The notes beneath the pieces are model-generated. The model was given only the letters and a program-made list of their open reading frames with translations, was not told the DNA's origin and did no database searches. Position numbers and translations under genes: made by a program. A DNA stretch of 64,000 nt, taken from assembly GCA_020891255.1 (NCBI GenBank), contig BQFW01000009.1, forward strand, positions 1,736,001 to 1,800,000, given 5' to 3'. The stretch is from Entomortierella parvispora E1425 (lineage: Eukaryota > Fungi > Mortierellomycota). Of this stretch, positions 12,148 through 22,786 are shown in pieces (the stretch's first letter is position 1; each line of letters begins with the position of its first letter).

Positions 12148-13704
12148 ATGCACCCTCAAATGTATCTTTTCCTATTCGGGGCCATCCTTTCGCTGAGTTC
12201 CTCAGTATTGGGGTAAAAAAAAAACTAGATGCACTCAGCTTTTTCATGCAGAACGCCAAGCTAACAAGAATGGTGTGCCCGTGTCTTTGAAATGAAAACA
12301 GTTTTCCACAACAGCAATTGGTTTTCAACCACCCTCTGAAGACAAAGTCCTCTGTATCCTCTGTCGTGATGCAAGGCATCAGTGTCGATCTTCTCTTTCA
12401 GAACGTCCTCGCCAGGATGGACAAGGGTATCCCAGAGAGCTGGGACGCGCTCGTGAATCCCCCTGTCACCGCTGGCTCCTTTGGTGGGTACAAACTCGTC
12501 CCCGAGGAGCTCGCTCAAGTCATCGATGGATGGGACCTGAACCCAGGACTCGTTGATCAAGTGAACGAGGACGTCAGCCAGTTCATTGAGGTTCATTCGC
12601 GCGAGTTCATGTACGTGGCTGAGCAGTTTCAGTACAACATTCCTGGATGTCGCGACGAGTCTCCTCTTTCACTCTGCCTGTTCACAATTGTGGTGGTGGC
12701 TCGACAACATGGACAGGACCTCACCTCGGCCGAGCCCAACGAGCTCGAGTTGTTCCACCTCTATATCGAGTCCAGTTCGAATGCTGTTCAGCAGTACGTC
12801 AATGAGAAACAGTGCTACCGTTGCTGGATCTTCTTTGAGTGCTGCGATGACCACTATATTCCTCGTGACTTAATCCCACATGGAAATTATGGAGATCCAT
12901 AACGTCTTTTCCACACACCAGCTCAAATGGGGCTCCAGGCACATGCTCTTCTGTGGTCAGGGAGATTCGCAGTCTCGTTCACCTTCGCGACTCCGCGGCC
13001 CTCTCCGCCTTTCATCGGAAGACACTCTGTACAGAGGCTCCAAAGCTTTAGACGTTGCTCCTGAGATTGATTCTCTTATGGTGGGGTTGGGAGACATCAG
13101 GGATATCTGGGAGACCATAAAGTCCATCTTTATGCAAAAAGTCAACGTGGTGATCCAAAGACATGTCTGTCTGGGTTTCAGCAAATACCAGCACGATGTC
13201 ACGGCCCTGAACATCAAGGATCTGAGCCCGGAGAACTTTGAGATGGTGGTCGATACGCTGATGTTTATTGCCAAAGTCCCCCCCACCGAAGAGATGAAGA
13301 ATATCCTCAAAATGTTCAAACTCTCTCCAGATCTCAAATGGGCAGGAGAAACCGTCTCCTACACGGGAACGGATGGTATCCATCGATTCCTTTATCTGTA
13401 CAAGCACGCCACCCTCAATCATCAAGGCGAAACAAAGATCAATCTTGTATTTGGATCGATTTCCGGCGATTTCACCATGTCCCCCGATTTGCTCGTTGTC
13501 CATCGTCAAACAAGTCAGTTTGGCGGATTGGTCGATCAAAAGGAGCTCATCTTCCAAAACGTACCCCATAACGCATCCGCCACTGATGTGAAGTTCATGC
13601 AAACTTTTTTCGAATACGTCGGCTACCGCAAACTTGCCATGGTCGTCGACTTTCCAGAGCCACCACTTCCAAATATTACAGGTGTGTGCGATATCAAGTT
13701 TTAA
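12148..13704 (+). CDS. Secreted protein of unknown function (about 488 aa if intact) interrupted by a +1 frameshift at about 12874-12899; exons 12148-12212 and 12302-13704
   Basis: Exon 1 encodes the signal peptide MHPQMYLFLFGAILSLSSSVLG. Intron 12213-12301 (GTAAAA...GCTAAC branch...AACAG, phase 2) joins it to FPQQQLVFNHPL. The frame stops at 12902, while the +1 frame stays open to 13704. Spliced length is 1468 nt (3n+1), and no intron explains the shift. Confidence 0.75.
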
Positions 13705-13926
13705 AAAAAGAATAGGTGGTCGCCATTTTTTTTTTTTTTTTTTTTCCACAATAAACTGGCGATATAACGTTGAGGATCAACATTTGTTTATTTTTATGGG
13801 AGTTTGAGGACGTGGACTAGACGAGAGAGGAAGGGAGAGAGAGTGTGTGTGTGTGCGTGTTTTGAATAAGAAGGAAGAAGTCAAGAGTGCAAAATGTATA
13901 TGTATAGATTGGAAAAGCAGAAGGGG

Positions 13927-16900
13927 TTAATCCGCAATTGGCAACACTTGGACAGACGCCATTGGCATGGCTACATCCTGGGAACGACCGCTTTCACTTC
14001 CATGGATAGACGGTGGCAGCACAGTGATTCCTTCGTTGGGGTTAGACACCACCGTTCCATCGTCGCCCAAGTGGTGAGGATGATTTCGACTCATATATTC
14101 CATAGTGCAGTGATCCGCGTTCTTCATCCAAGAGTCCTCGAGCACATCCTGAATCAAAACTCTCCTTGAGGGATCCATCTCCAAGATCCGCGACATGATG
14201 GGGCGACTCTCGCGAGGCATCAACTTTAACAAACGCAATTTTCCAGTGCCATCAGGCTTTGCAAACGCTTGGAAGGATGGGTCCTGATCGGACTTGGGGA
14301 TCCTCCAAGGGAAGCGGCGTAGCGTCATGCACAAAAAGATGATGCCCATTGACCAAATATCTGCCAGACGAGGGTCGTGTTGGTCGGCTGTGAATAGCTC
14401 AGGGGCAATATAAGGATCTGACCCAGAAATACCTATTTCACATTCGCCATACCGTTAGCCTTCAGGTCCTTCAAACCATAGGGATGATCAGTACACTCGT
14501 ACATAGAGCATGCATTTACCTTTAGCCATTTGAATCTTCTTTTCGAACGGCAACTGAAAGACCATGGAGCATCCGAAATCAATAATCTTGACGATTCCTC
14601 GCTCATTCATCACACAGTTGTCCAGTTTCAAATCCCTGTGCGCGACACCGAGTCCGTGAAGGTAGGAAACACCTTCCACGATGCCACGGAAGCAGCACGC
14701 AATCTCGTCTCGACCCATTAGTCCAGACATGACGGCCGAGAATAGTTCATACTTTGCAAACTCCATCACCTCGTAGTAGTAGTTCGACTCCTTGACAATA
14801 TCCATGGTCTCGATGATGTTGGGATGGTGAAAAGTAGAGCCCAGGCAGTATTCAGATGTCACTTTCTTGACGTACGATCGCTCGGACTCGTTGGGTCGAC
14901 GCTTTCGGAACTGCTTGATCGCAAACACTTTTTGATCCGACGATCTCGACAAGATTCGGACAGTTCCACCCGCACCGCGGCCCAAGACTTTTCCAAGTTT
15001 GCCATATTTTTTCTTGAAATCCGTCTCGATCGAATTGCCGTGTTGGCCAGCGATTCTAGGTGAGTCTGTTACACTCGCGGGCCGTTCGCTGCCACCTGTT
15101 GTATGGGTCCATTCTCCAAGGAGGCCAGACTTGCGACTCTTCAAGGATGGTGTAGCCAATCCACCTGCCCCAGCCGGCGGTGTTCCCGGTGGAGCTGCTG
15201 TCGAGTCCACCGAGAGAGGGAGCATCGCTGGCGAAGCATGTGGAGAGTTGCCCACGTTAAAGAATCGCTTCAAATCATGGAAAATACCATGGGAAGTTTC
15301 GCGGGCTGACTTTCTAGGAGACAACTTGGAAGAGTCGGTATCCCTACGTCTGAACGAGCTGATATGTGAGGGCATTCGCCCAGCTGGAGCTGGTGATGGC
15401 ATATTGCCACCAACGGCCGTGGTGTCGACCACTTGCGACGAGGCCATGGCTGGGCCAGGAGTGGAAGGAGCAGCGGTTGAAAGTCGGCGTCCGGCCGCAC
15501 TGCCTGGACCTACGGGAGGACGGTCCGAAAGTTGTTGCTGACCAAGACCCTGGGTGATATTTTGAATCTCTAAATTCACATTGCTCTCGGTTGGCTGAGA
15601 CTGTACGAGACCTGACGCAATCGTCTGAGAAGAAGGAGGTTGCAGTAGCGTGAATGGTTGGAGAGGTGGCTGTACTGGGATAGTCGGAAAAGTATTGGAA
15701 TTTCGTCGACCGCGCCGGGCCCAGTCTTCGATCGAGGATGGGTTGTAGCTGGATAGCGATTGTTGTTGGCTGAGGTGGTGATGGTGATGGTGGCCATCAT
15801 CTTCATCGTCCGAGTTGTGGCACGAGTTCTCGATTGAGACTGGGTGCGAGATCAGAACGTCGGTCGAGTCTGAATTGGTCCTTGACAGATAGCTGTGGTG
15901 AAGGTGGCTCGGGGTGGTTGGATTGCTGCTGAAAGGAAGAGGTGAAAGACCTTGCTGAGGCTGGGGTTGCGAAGGCAAGAAACGGTGCACATCCATATAG
16001 TCTTTAGGTCCGTTCGAAGGCACCCGATTGTTGGATTGGGGCACCATGGCAGGGGAGTCTGCTCCACTGAGGTCGGAATCGTCTGTCTGGTCCGCCTGGT
16101 AGTCCCCGCTGGCCCGTCTAGCCGCTACGAGTCGAGTGGCTGCATGCTGTAGCACCTGGTCAATCTCCGCAGGCGTCATTTCCCCTACCACGGCCCTTGA
16201 CCTCTGGCCGGCTCCCATGATAGGCGATTCGCCCATAGCCATGGTAGGCTGAGATGGACCTGCATTCAGTGCCAAAGAGGGGTCTCCAGCAGGCATCTGT
16301 CCCTCTGGTTGAATGTATAGTTGCTGTGGAAGCTGCGGTGTGGCGGCTTGGATTTGTACTTGTGGCGATGAATTCTCATTTGGCACAACTGATTGCTGTC
16401 CGGCAAAGATGACTGAAGCGACTGTCGACAGTGTTGCTGGGGTGCTGTCGACAGAGTCATCGTCTGGGACACTGGAGCTTATTGCAAGAGGAGAGATGGG
16501 TAGCGTTCGCTTGGGCGGAACTCCAAGAGTCGAAGAAGAACTGGGGGTCGTATCAGGACCAGGTTGGAGTCCTGCTGCTGCAATTTGGTTAGGAGCAATG
16601 TCGTGAACTTTGTTTTGCTGAGGGTCCAATGGCTGCTGCTGCGAAGCGAGGTCATTTATATTGTCGCTACACATCTGGGATTCTTGCGCTGGAGGGGGCA
16701 AGGACAGTGGAGCTGGCGCGACAGGCGACGGGAGAGAGAGATGTGATTCGGGAGAAGAGCTTGTGGTTGGGAACAGAGATTGATACTGGCCATCGCCGGG
16801 ATCCCGGCTACGAAGGAACTGCTCAATGGCATGGATGTCTGGGGTGCCGACCTCGGGGGTAGGGTTCTGCAAATCGGCCGCGTCCAGCGGAAGCAGGTTG

Positions 16901-17025
16901 GCAGTCTCGGCGGCATCGGGGATGACGGTGGTTTCAGAGCCAGCAGGAGAGATGATGCGAGCAAGAAGGTGGCTCGGGAGTGCCGAAGGAGGAGGGCGAT
17001 TCGGAATGATGCTGCTACTGTCCAT
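13927..17025 (-). CDS. Ser/Thr protein kinase of the fungal HAL/NPR1/HRK1 family, 1003 aa; exons 17025-14520 and 14432-13927
   Basis: Motifs LGRGAGGTV, FAIK, KKVTSEYCLGSTFHHPNIIET, HRDLKLDN, IIDFG, and after an 87-nt GT-AG intron ISGSDPYIAPE and DIWSMG. Long Ser/Pro/Gln/His-rich N-terminus. Confidence 0.95.
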
Positions 17026-17241
17026 GGCTGTCGACGATCATTCACTCCGAGTCTTTTGTTGTTTGTCTTCCGAGTATGTGATGACGATGGAGGAGAGAGG
17101 GGAGGAGAGCAGGAAGGAGAGAGGACGGGAGGGAAGTGTGGAACTACCCTGCGAGGAATGAATGTCGCAATGGCAGGCGTGGATCAGTCGAGGGAATGAC
17201 GGAATGAGTGACAGTGGCTGTGTGACCAATGAAAGAGCGAG

Positions 17242-17405
17242 TGAATGAATGAATGAATGAATGAGTGTGAATGAATGAATGGAGGTGGATGCAAAGAAGG
17301 ATGGAGAGAGAGACACGCGGAGAGAGAGTGAGTGAGAGAGTGAGAGAGTGAGAGAGACACTCACAGAGAGAGAGAGTGAGAGAGACAGAGAGACAGAGAG
17401 ACAGA
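17242..17405. repeat. (GAAT)n and (GA)n/(GAGAGACA)n simple-repeat block upstream of the kinase
   Basis: GAAT runs at about 17242-17280, then GA-rich and GAGAGACA repeats to about 17405. Confidence 0.85.
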
Positions 17406-17887
17406 GGCGGAGAAAGGCCTTTCTTTCTTTCTTTCTTTCTTTCTCTCTCTTTTTTATGTGGGACAGACACCGAGACGATTTTTTTTTTCTTTTTTCTCTT
17501 TCTCTTTCTTTTTTGCGGTGATCAATGTCAGGTCTCATCCTGACTGTTGTGCAGGGTGGTGTCTGTCTTGCTTGAAGGGTAAAGTATGTACGTTGCACGT
17601 GTGTATTATGTATCTGCGTGTGGTGTGTGTGTGCATCGGTGCAGTGTGTGTGTCTGTCTACCTCTTGCTCTTGAAGACGGGCATCGCATCGATCGGTCGC
17701 CTGCCTGTCCGTGGGGTGTGCTGGTGTGCTGTGTGCTGACACATACATGCCAGAAAAGGGTCCATTCGGATAAGAGCGATTCGATGATGCACCAACAGGT
17801 GGTCTGTGTCCGTGCAACCTGCCCCATCCCCGCCTCCCCAACCGTCGATCGCACAGCGACAAAACGGGCGAAAAAAAAAGTTAATTC

Positions 17888-17906
17888 GTCACGTGAATCA
17901 CGTGAT
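17888..17906. promoter_or_regulatory. Tandem RTCACGTGA E-boxes (bHLH sites, Cbf1/Pho4/SREBP-type) in the divergent kinase/LETM1 promoter
   Basis: The sequence GTCACGTGAATCACGTGAT contains two palindromic TCACGTGA 10 bp apart. It lies between ATGs at 17025 (-) and 18201 (+). Factor binding is inferred. Confidence 0.55.
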
Positions 17907-18200
17907 CCGACCCAGCAGCGCCCCGTAAGCGTGCCTCATATTCCCTTTTCCGGGTGGGGTGCAGTCGCCAGCCAGTCGCTGCTGCTGCCAGGGCGCTTCG
18001 TTTTCGTGAGAAAGGATACAAGGACCCATGGCTGATCAGCTCTCTTTCTCTTTTTCTGTTGCATCCTTTTCCGTCCCATCCATCCTTCCAACCCCACTCT
18101 CATCCTCCCATCCTTGCATTCCTTGTACATAATACTACTGTCTTGCCTTATTATTGTTTCCTGTATTTGTGTTCCTCTCCCCCCCTCTTTATTCTCTCTA

Positions 18201-19523
18201 ATGTATCACACCGTCAGACCCTCGGTCAGGGTCGGCATTGCCGCCGCAAGGGACTTGCCAGGTACATTACCTATCGCCAGCCCCTCCGCATTGCCCCGTC
18301 TTTTGGGGGACGGAGCGACCCTCTACCATGCCTACAACCACGTTCTCTTTCCACTAACATGCAGCCATGGACTCGATTCTCTATAGTCGGATCATACTCT
18401 TCAGCACTGCGCATGAACGTGTCCACTCCTTACTACCGCTCCGTGAAGGTCCAGGTCGTCCATATGCGTCGGAACGGACAGGGATTCTCTCAGTCCGGGG
18501 GGTTCCACTCCTCACCTTTCCCCAGGATCCCCAACTCGCTCCGACTTATGCGCGCGGGCGAACAGCAGCAGCAGCCCCTTCTTAAATCGACAATCGAAAA
18601 GGAAACCCTGGCTTCCCGTTCTGCCGAGATGGCCAAGGCTAAAGCTGCCAAGGAGGCCAGTGAGGCGGCCAGCGGGATCGCTGGGGAGGGTGCCGTTGTG
18701 CAGCCCAAAAAGAGCATGTGGGAGCGTGTCAAGGCCGAATTGGTTCACTACTGGCACGGCACCAAGCTTCTTGGAAAGGAGATCAAGATCTCGACCAAGC
18801 TGGCGGGACGGTTACTTCACGGCAACAAGTTGACCCGACGTGAACAGAGACAGGCATGTTCTTTTAATGATTTCTATCGGTCTTTTTTTATGTCCGATGT
18901 TCATATGTTATTTCCATCTTTTGGTTGCATTGTTTGAGAAACACGATCGCCCTTCTGTGAACCCGTCATTATTTTGTCATGTCTGTTATCTAACCGAAAG
19001 TCTTTCTTTTTTGTTTTTGTTATGAACCCTAGTTGAGACGCACGACTGGAGACTTGATGCGCCTGGTTCCCTTCTCAGTTTTCCTGATTGTGCCCTTCAT
19101 GGAGTTGCTTTTGCCCGTGGCTTTGAAGCTTTTCCCCAACATGTTGCCTTCGACCTTTGAGGACAAGTTTGCAGAGGAGGAAAAGAAGAGAAAGTTGCTC
19201 AAGATGCGTCTTGAGATGGCAAAGTTCTTGCAGGAGACCATTGAGGAATCGGGTATTCCAGGATCATCGCGTGCAGAGGCTGTCAAGGAGTTTGGAGACT
19301 TTTTCAGAAAGGTCCGCACCACGGGCGAGCAGGCTTCGACCGATGAGCTAATCAGAGTCGCCAAGCTTTTCCACGATGAGCTCACCCTTGACAACTTGTC
19401 GCGACCCCAGCTTGTCTCCATGGCTCGTTACATGAACTTGAACGCTTTCGGAACAGACAACTTTTTGAGATATCAGATCCGTAACAAAATGAACTCGATC
19501 AAGCAGGATGACAAGGTAAAATC

Positions 19524-19561
<38 letters not shown>

Positions 19562-21040
19562 AAGTCTGTTCTTGATAACAATAACTGACGCCACTTTGGT
19601 TCATTTATCCGTCTCGTTCATCTAGTTGATCATGGCTGAAGGAGTCGACTCATTGACGACTAGAGAGTTGCAGGCTGCTTGCCAGTCTCGTGGTATTCGC
19701 ACTGGAGGCGTGTCACCGGCGCGTCTTCGCAGTGAGCTCGCTCAGTGGTTGGAACTCAACTTGACACACGCCATTCCCTCTTCCCTTCTGATCTTGTCTC
19801 GCGCCTTCTCATTCTCGGACTCGAAGGATCTCGCCACCCCTGTGGAGGCTCTGCAGGCTACCCTGTCTTCGTTGCCCGACAGTCTTTTGACCGAGACTGA
19901 GCTCCACGTCTCCGAATTGGAGGGTGCTGCTACGGCTCAACAGAAGCTCGAGGTTTTGGAGCAGCAGGAAGAGCTCATTGCTGACGAGTTGGCTCAGGAG
20001 GAGAAGGAAGAAAAGGCCCGCAAGGCTCGCAAGGAAGAGGCCAGACTCAAGAAGGAGGCCGAGGAGAAGGAGAAGGAGAAGCAGAAGGCTCAGGAGCAGG
20101 AGGCTGCTGCCACTACCACTGCCCCCAAGGTTCCCACTACACCTACTGAGGTGCCCATCTTTGACAAGTCGATCCCTGCCGCTGCCGCTGCTGGTGCACC
20201 GGCCACATTGGCCGGCGCCTCTGAGCTGTTGACGGATGCTCAGGTGGCCGCTCAGGCCGAGAAGCATGCTGGAGCGACTGCTGGAACCGAGGAGTTGACC
20301 CAGGCTGCTGAGGCCGCCACCCCTGCTGCTGCCATTTCTGAGGAGGAGGAGGACAAGGCCAAGATGACTGAGGAGCAATTGCTGGAGCTTCGTGAGGCCC
20401 TGTGCATCATGTCTTCCCGATCTGCTGTTTTGGAGGAGCGTGAAGAGCTCGAGGATCTCAAGGAAGACCGTATGGAATACAAGGAGGTAAGAGAATGGAG
20501 CATGCTCGAGTTGTTCTGTCTGTGCTTGTGCTTGTGCTTGTGCAAACTAATAGCTGGTGGATTGATTGACTGACCCTATTTTTTTTTTTTCTTATTTTTT
20601 TTGCGTATTAGGATATCGAGGAGTTGGCTCAGGTGCAGCGCAAGGAGCACAATGTCTCGAGACGCTTGGGTAGCCGTCTTGAAAAGATGATTGCCAAGCT
20701 GGACCAGGAGTTGACTGCTTACGATGCGGATGTGGGCAACAAGTTGCAGGCTTTCCAGGCTAACGAGCGTGGAGAGCTTTCTGTGGCTGATATTGAGGCG
20801 GCCTTGAGGGTGATCAAGCACGCGCCCGATGCCGACAACATCAAGCAGATTGTCAAGAAGCTGGATGTCGATGGTGACGGTCTCGTTCTTTTGAGTCACA
20901 TTGTCGAGTTGGCCGATCTGGTCGAGGATGAGGAAGGTACAGGAGTGCTGGTTGAGGGCAAGAAGGTGACGAACCTCAGCGACAAGGATTCGGAGAAGGA
21001 GAAGAAGCTGAAGAAGGAGGATGTGGTCAAGGACGATTAG
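18201..21040 (+). CDS. MDM38: LETM1/MDM38 mitochondrial inner-membrane protein, 766 aa; exons 18201-18261, 18387-18853, 19033-19515, 19626-20486, 20612-21040
   Basis: Arg-rich presequence-like N-terminus. LETM1 motifs HYWHGTKLLGKEIKIS, LTRREQRQ|LRRTTGDLMRLVPF, LPVALKLFPNMLPSTF, LTLDNLSRPQL, ELQAACQSRG. Intron 2 is GC-AG. Total 2301 nt. Confidence 0.95.
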
Positions 21041-22054
21041 ACGGTTTTTCTTTTCATTGCTTTCATTGCATGAGACGTCATTTTGTCTCCCTTCTTTTTG
21101 TTTTATCGCCTTTCCAAGTACAGTAAAAAAAATATACATTATCATCTCATCATCATCATCAACAACATCATCCTCATCATCCGCATTGTTGTCGACAACA
21201 AAGGTTTATAAAGAATAGTAAGAAAATGTTGAAGGTCGAACAACTTGGAAGAGAGATCCATTCCTGCCCGAGTCAAATATCTAGTTTTTTTTTTTTGGTC
21301 CGCCGCTTGAAATATCCTATCCTTCTGGACACGAGGCCAGCTGGGCATTGCTCGGATGTTGGCGATTCCCATTTGTGCATGCTCTCAACATCTATGAGAA
21401 GTCATTGAAGCACAGTGATTTTGCCGAGGAAATGGTATCGGCTCCTGGCTTCAACCTGGTGCGGTGACAGCCATTATCCAGACGGCAGGTGCAGCAAGTT
21501 GTCCTCCAACGCCCGCACTTTTGGCGGCGCCTATCGGACAAGTTTTGGAATGGCAAGATTTGAATAGGCATTGCCAGCTTCTGCCAAGCTTGTTCCGAGT
21601 ACAGTAAGGCCCCGGGTCCACGTCTCTCTTTGGGGTGACTTTCTTCGCGGGGGGGGGGGGGAGGGTTTCCATCATCATATATTCCCAAGTAGAGATTACG
21701 CATCCTAGACCGTAGATGAATTCCACCTTGCCCTTGATTCGAGATTCCTGGATCGAATCATTATCCTTACTCCCTCGGAAAGGGGATCCTACAAGCGAGG
21801 GGGGGGGGGCCCAGGTCGAATTTGTCCGCTTTCCAAAACGCGATTGATCCACGATCCTAGTTCCCCCCGATCACACGTGCTGCATCTGTGCAGTCTGTAA
21901 GCTGCCCGCTCTTATCTTTTCACAAGGTACAATGAACGGCCAGAATCAGGCACTTTACCCTTTCGAGCCTCATGTATTAGATCGGGAATCCTCAGGATGG
22001 GCTTGCCTTTGTGTAGTACGCCTATCTTGAAGGCTAATCAACCAGGTCAGATAG

Positions 22055-22560
22055 TCAACCAGCATGCTGCAGTCCATACTTGGTGGAGAACAAAGCACTC
22101 TGCCACTTACCGATGGGGGACTCTGAAACCAGTTCTGGCGGTGGTACAATCAGCTGCGTCACCATAGTACCCCGGGATTGCCGCCATGCTTCGTACTTGA
22201 TATTCTTGGTAAGATACTGGACCACGAGCTTTTTGCAGTCTTCATGAGGATATTTGTAGCGAATAGGGGCCGCTTTGTGCCTGTCAAGCGCCTGCTGGTT
22301 CTCGAAGATTTTCAAGCATGCTCCCATTTTGCAAATAAAGTCTGTGTGTGCAACTTGCTTGTGCAGTCGGAGTGCCTCTTGAGACCTTTAACTTTTGGAG
22401 CATTGCCTCGATGGTGCAAGGATAGGGTAGGATGGAGAGCGGACCCATCTCCAGGAGGATGTTTCGAGCAAATTGAGCTGCATAGAGATATTCGTTTTCG
22501 AAAAGTCTCGAACGTTGAGAGTGGTGTTGAGAGCTGTGGCAAGTGTGGCCATGATCCACG
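22055..22560 (-). pseudogene. C2H2 zinc-finger gene relic
   Basis: Conceptual repair reads YPCTIEA[+1 nt at 22403]CSKS[TAA 22390-22388]RSQEALRLHKQVAH-TDFICKMGACLKIFENQQALDRHK...YKYPHEDCKK. This is one full C-x4-C-x3-(F)-x5-L-x2-H-x4-H finger with a frameshift and a stop, then two decayed fingers. Confidence 0.7.
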
Positions 22561-22786
22561 GTCGCGACCTATCCCACGCGTCTATATGCACTACTATCTA
22601 CGAGAATGAAGGAGGACTAAAAGGAGGGTAAAGAAGACTTTTCTGACAATGGACATGAGAGTCTTTGGGTTCACCCCACCTGGACAGGACCTCTGACTTT
22701 CCCGAGTGAACTCTTGTCAGCTTTTTCAGTCAATGATCGAGTAGGAAAGGGTCTAACATATTTATTTTATTTTTATGTTTTTCACT

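Noticed and set aside
17038-17862. 274-aa ORF, and similar long ORFs at 26392-27246, 41454-42392 and 54693-55598
   Set aside because: These are built from simple repeats and homopolymers in promoter or intergenic DNA, with no domain motifs or splice support.
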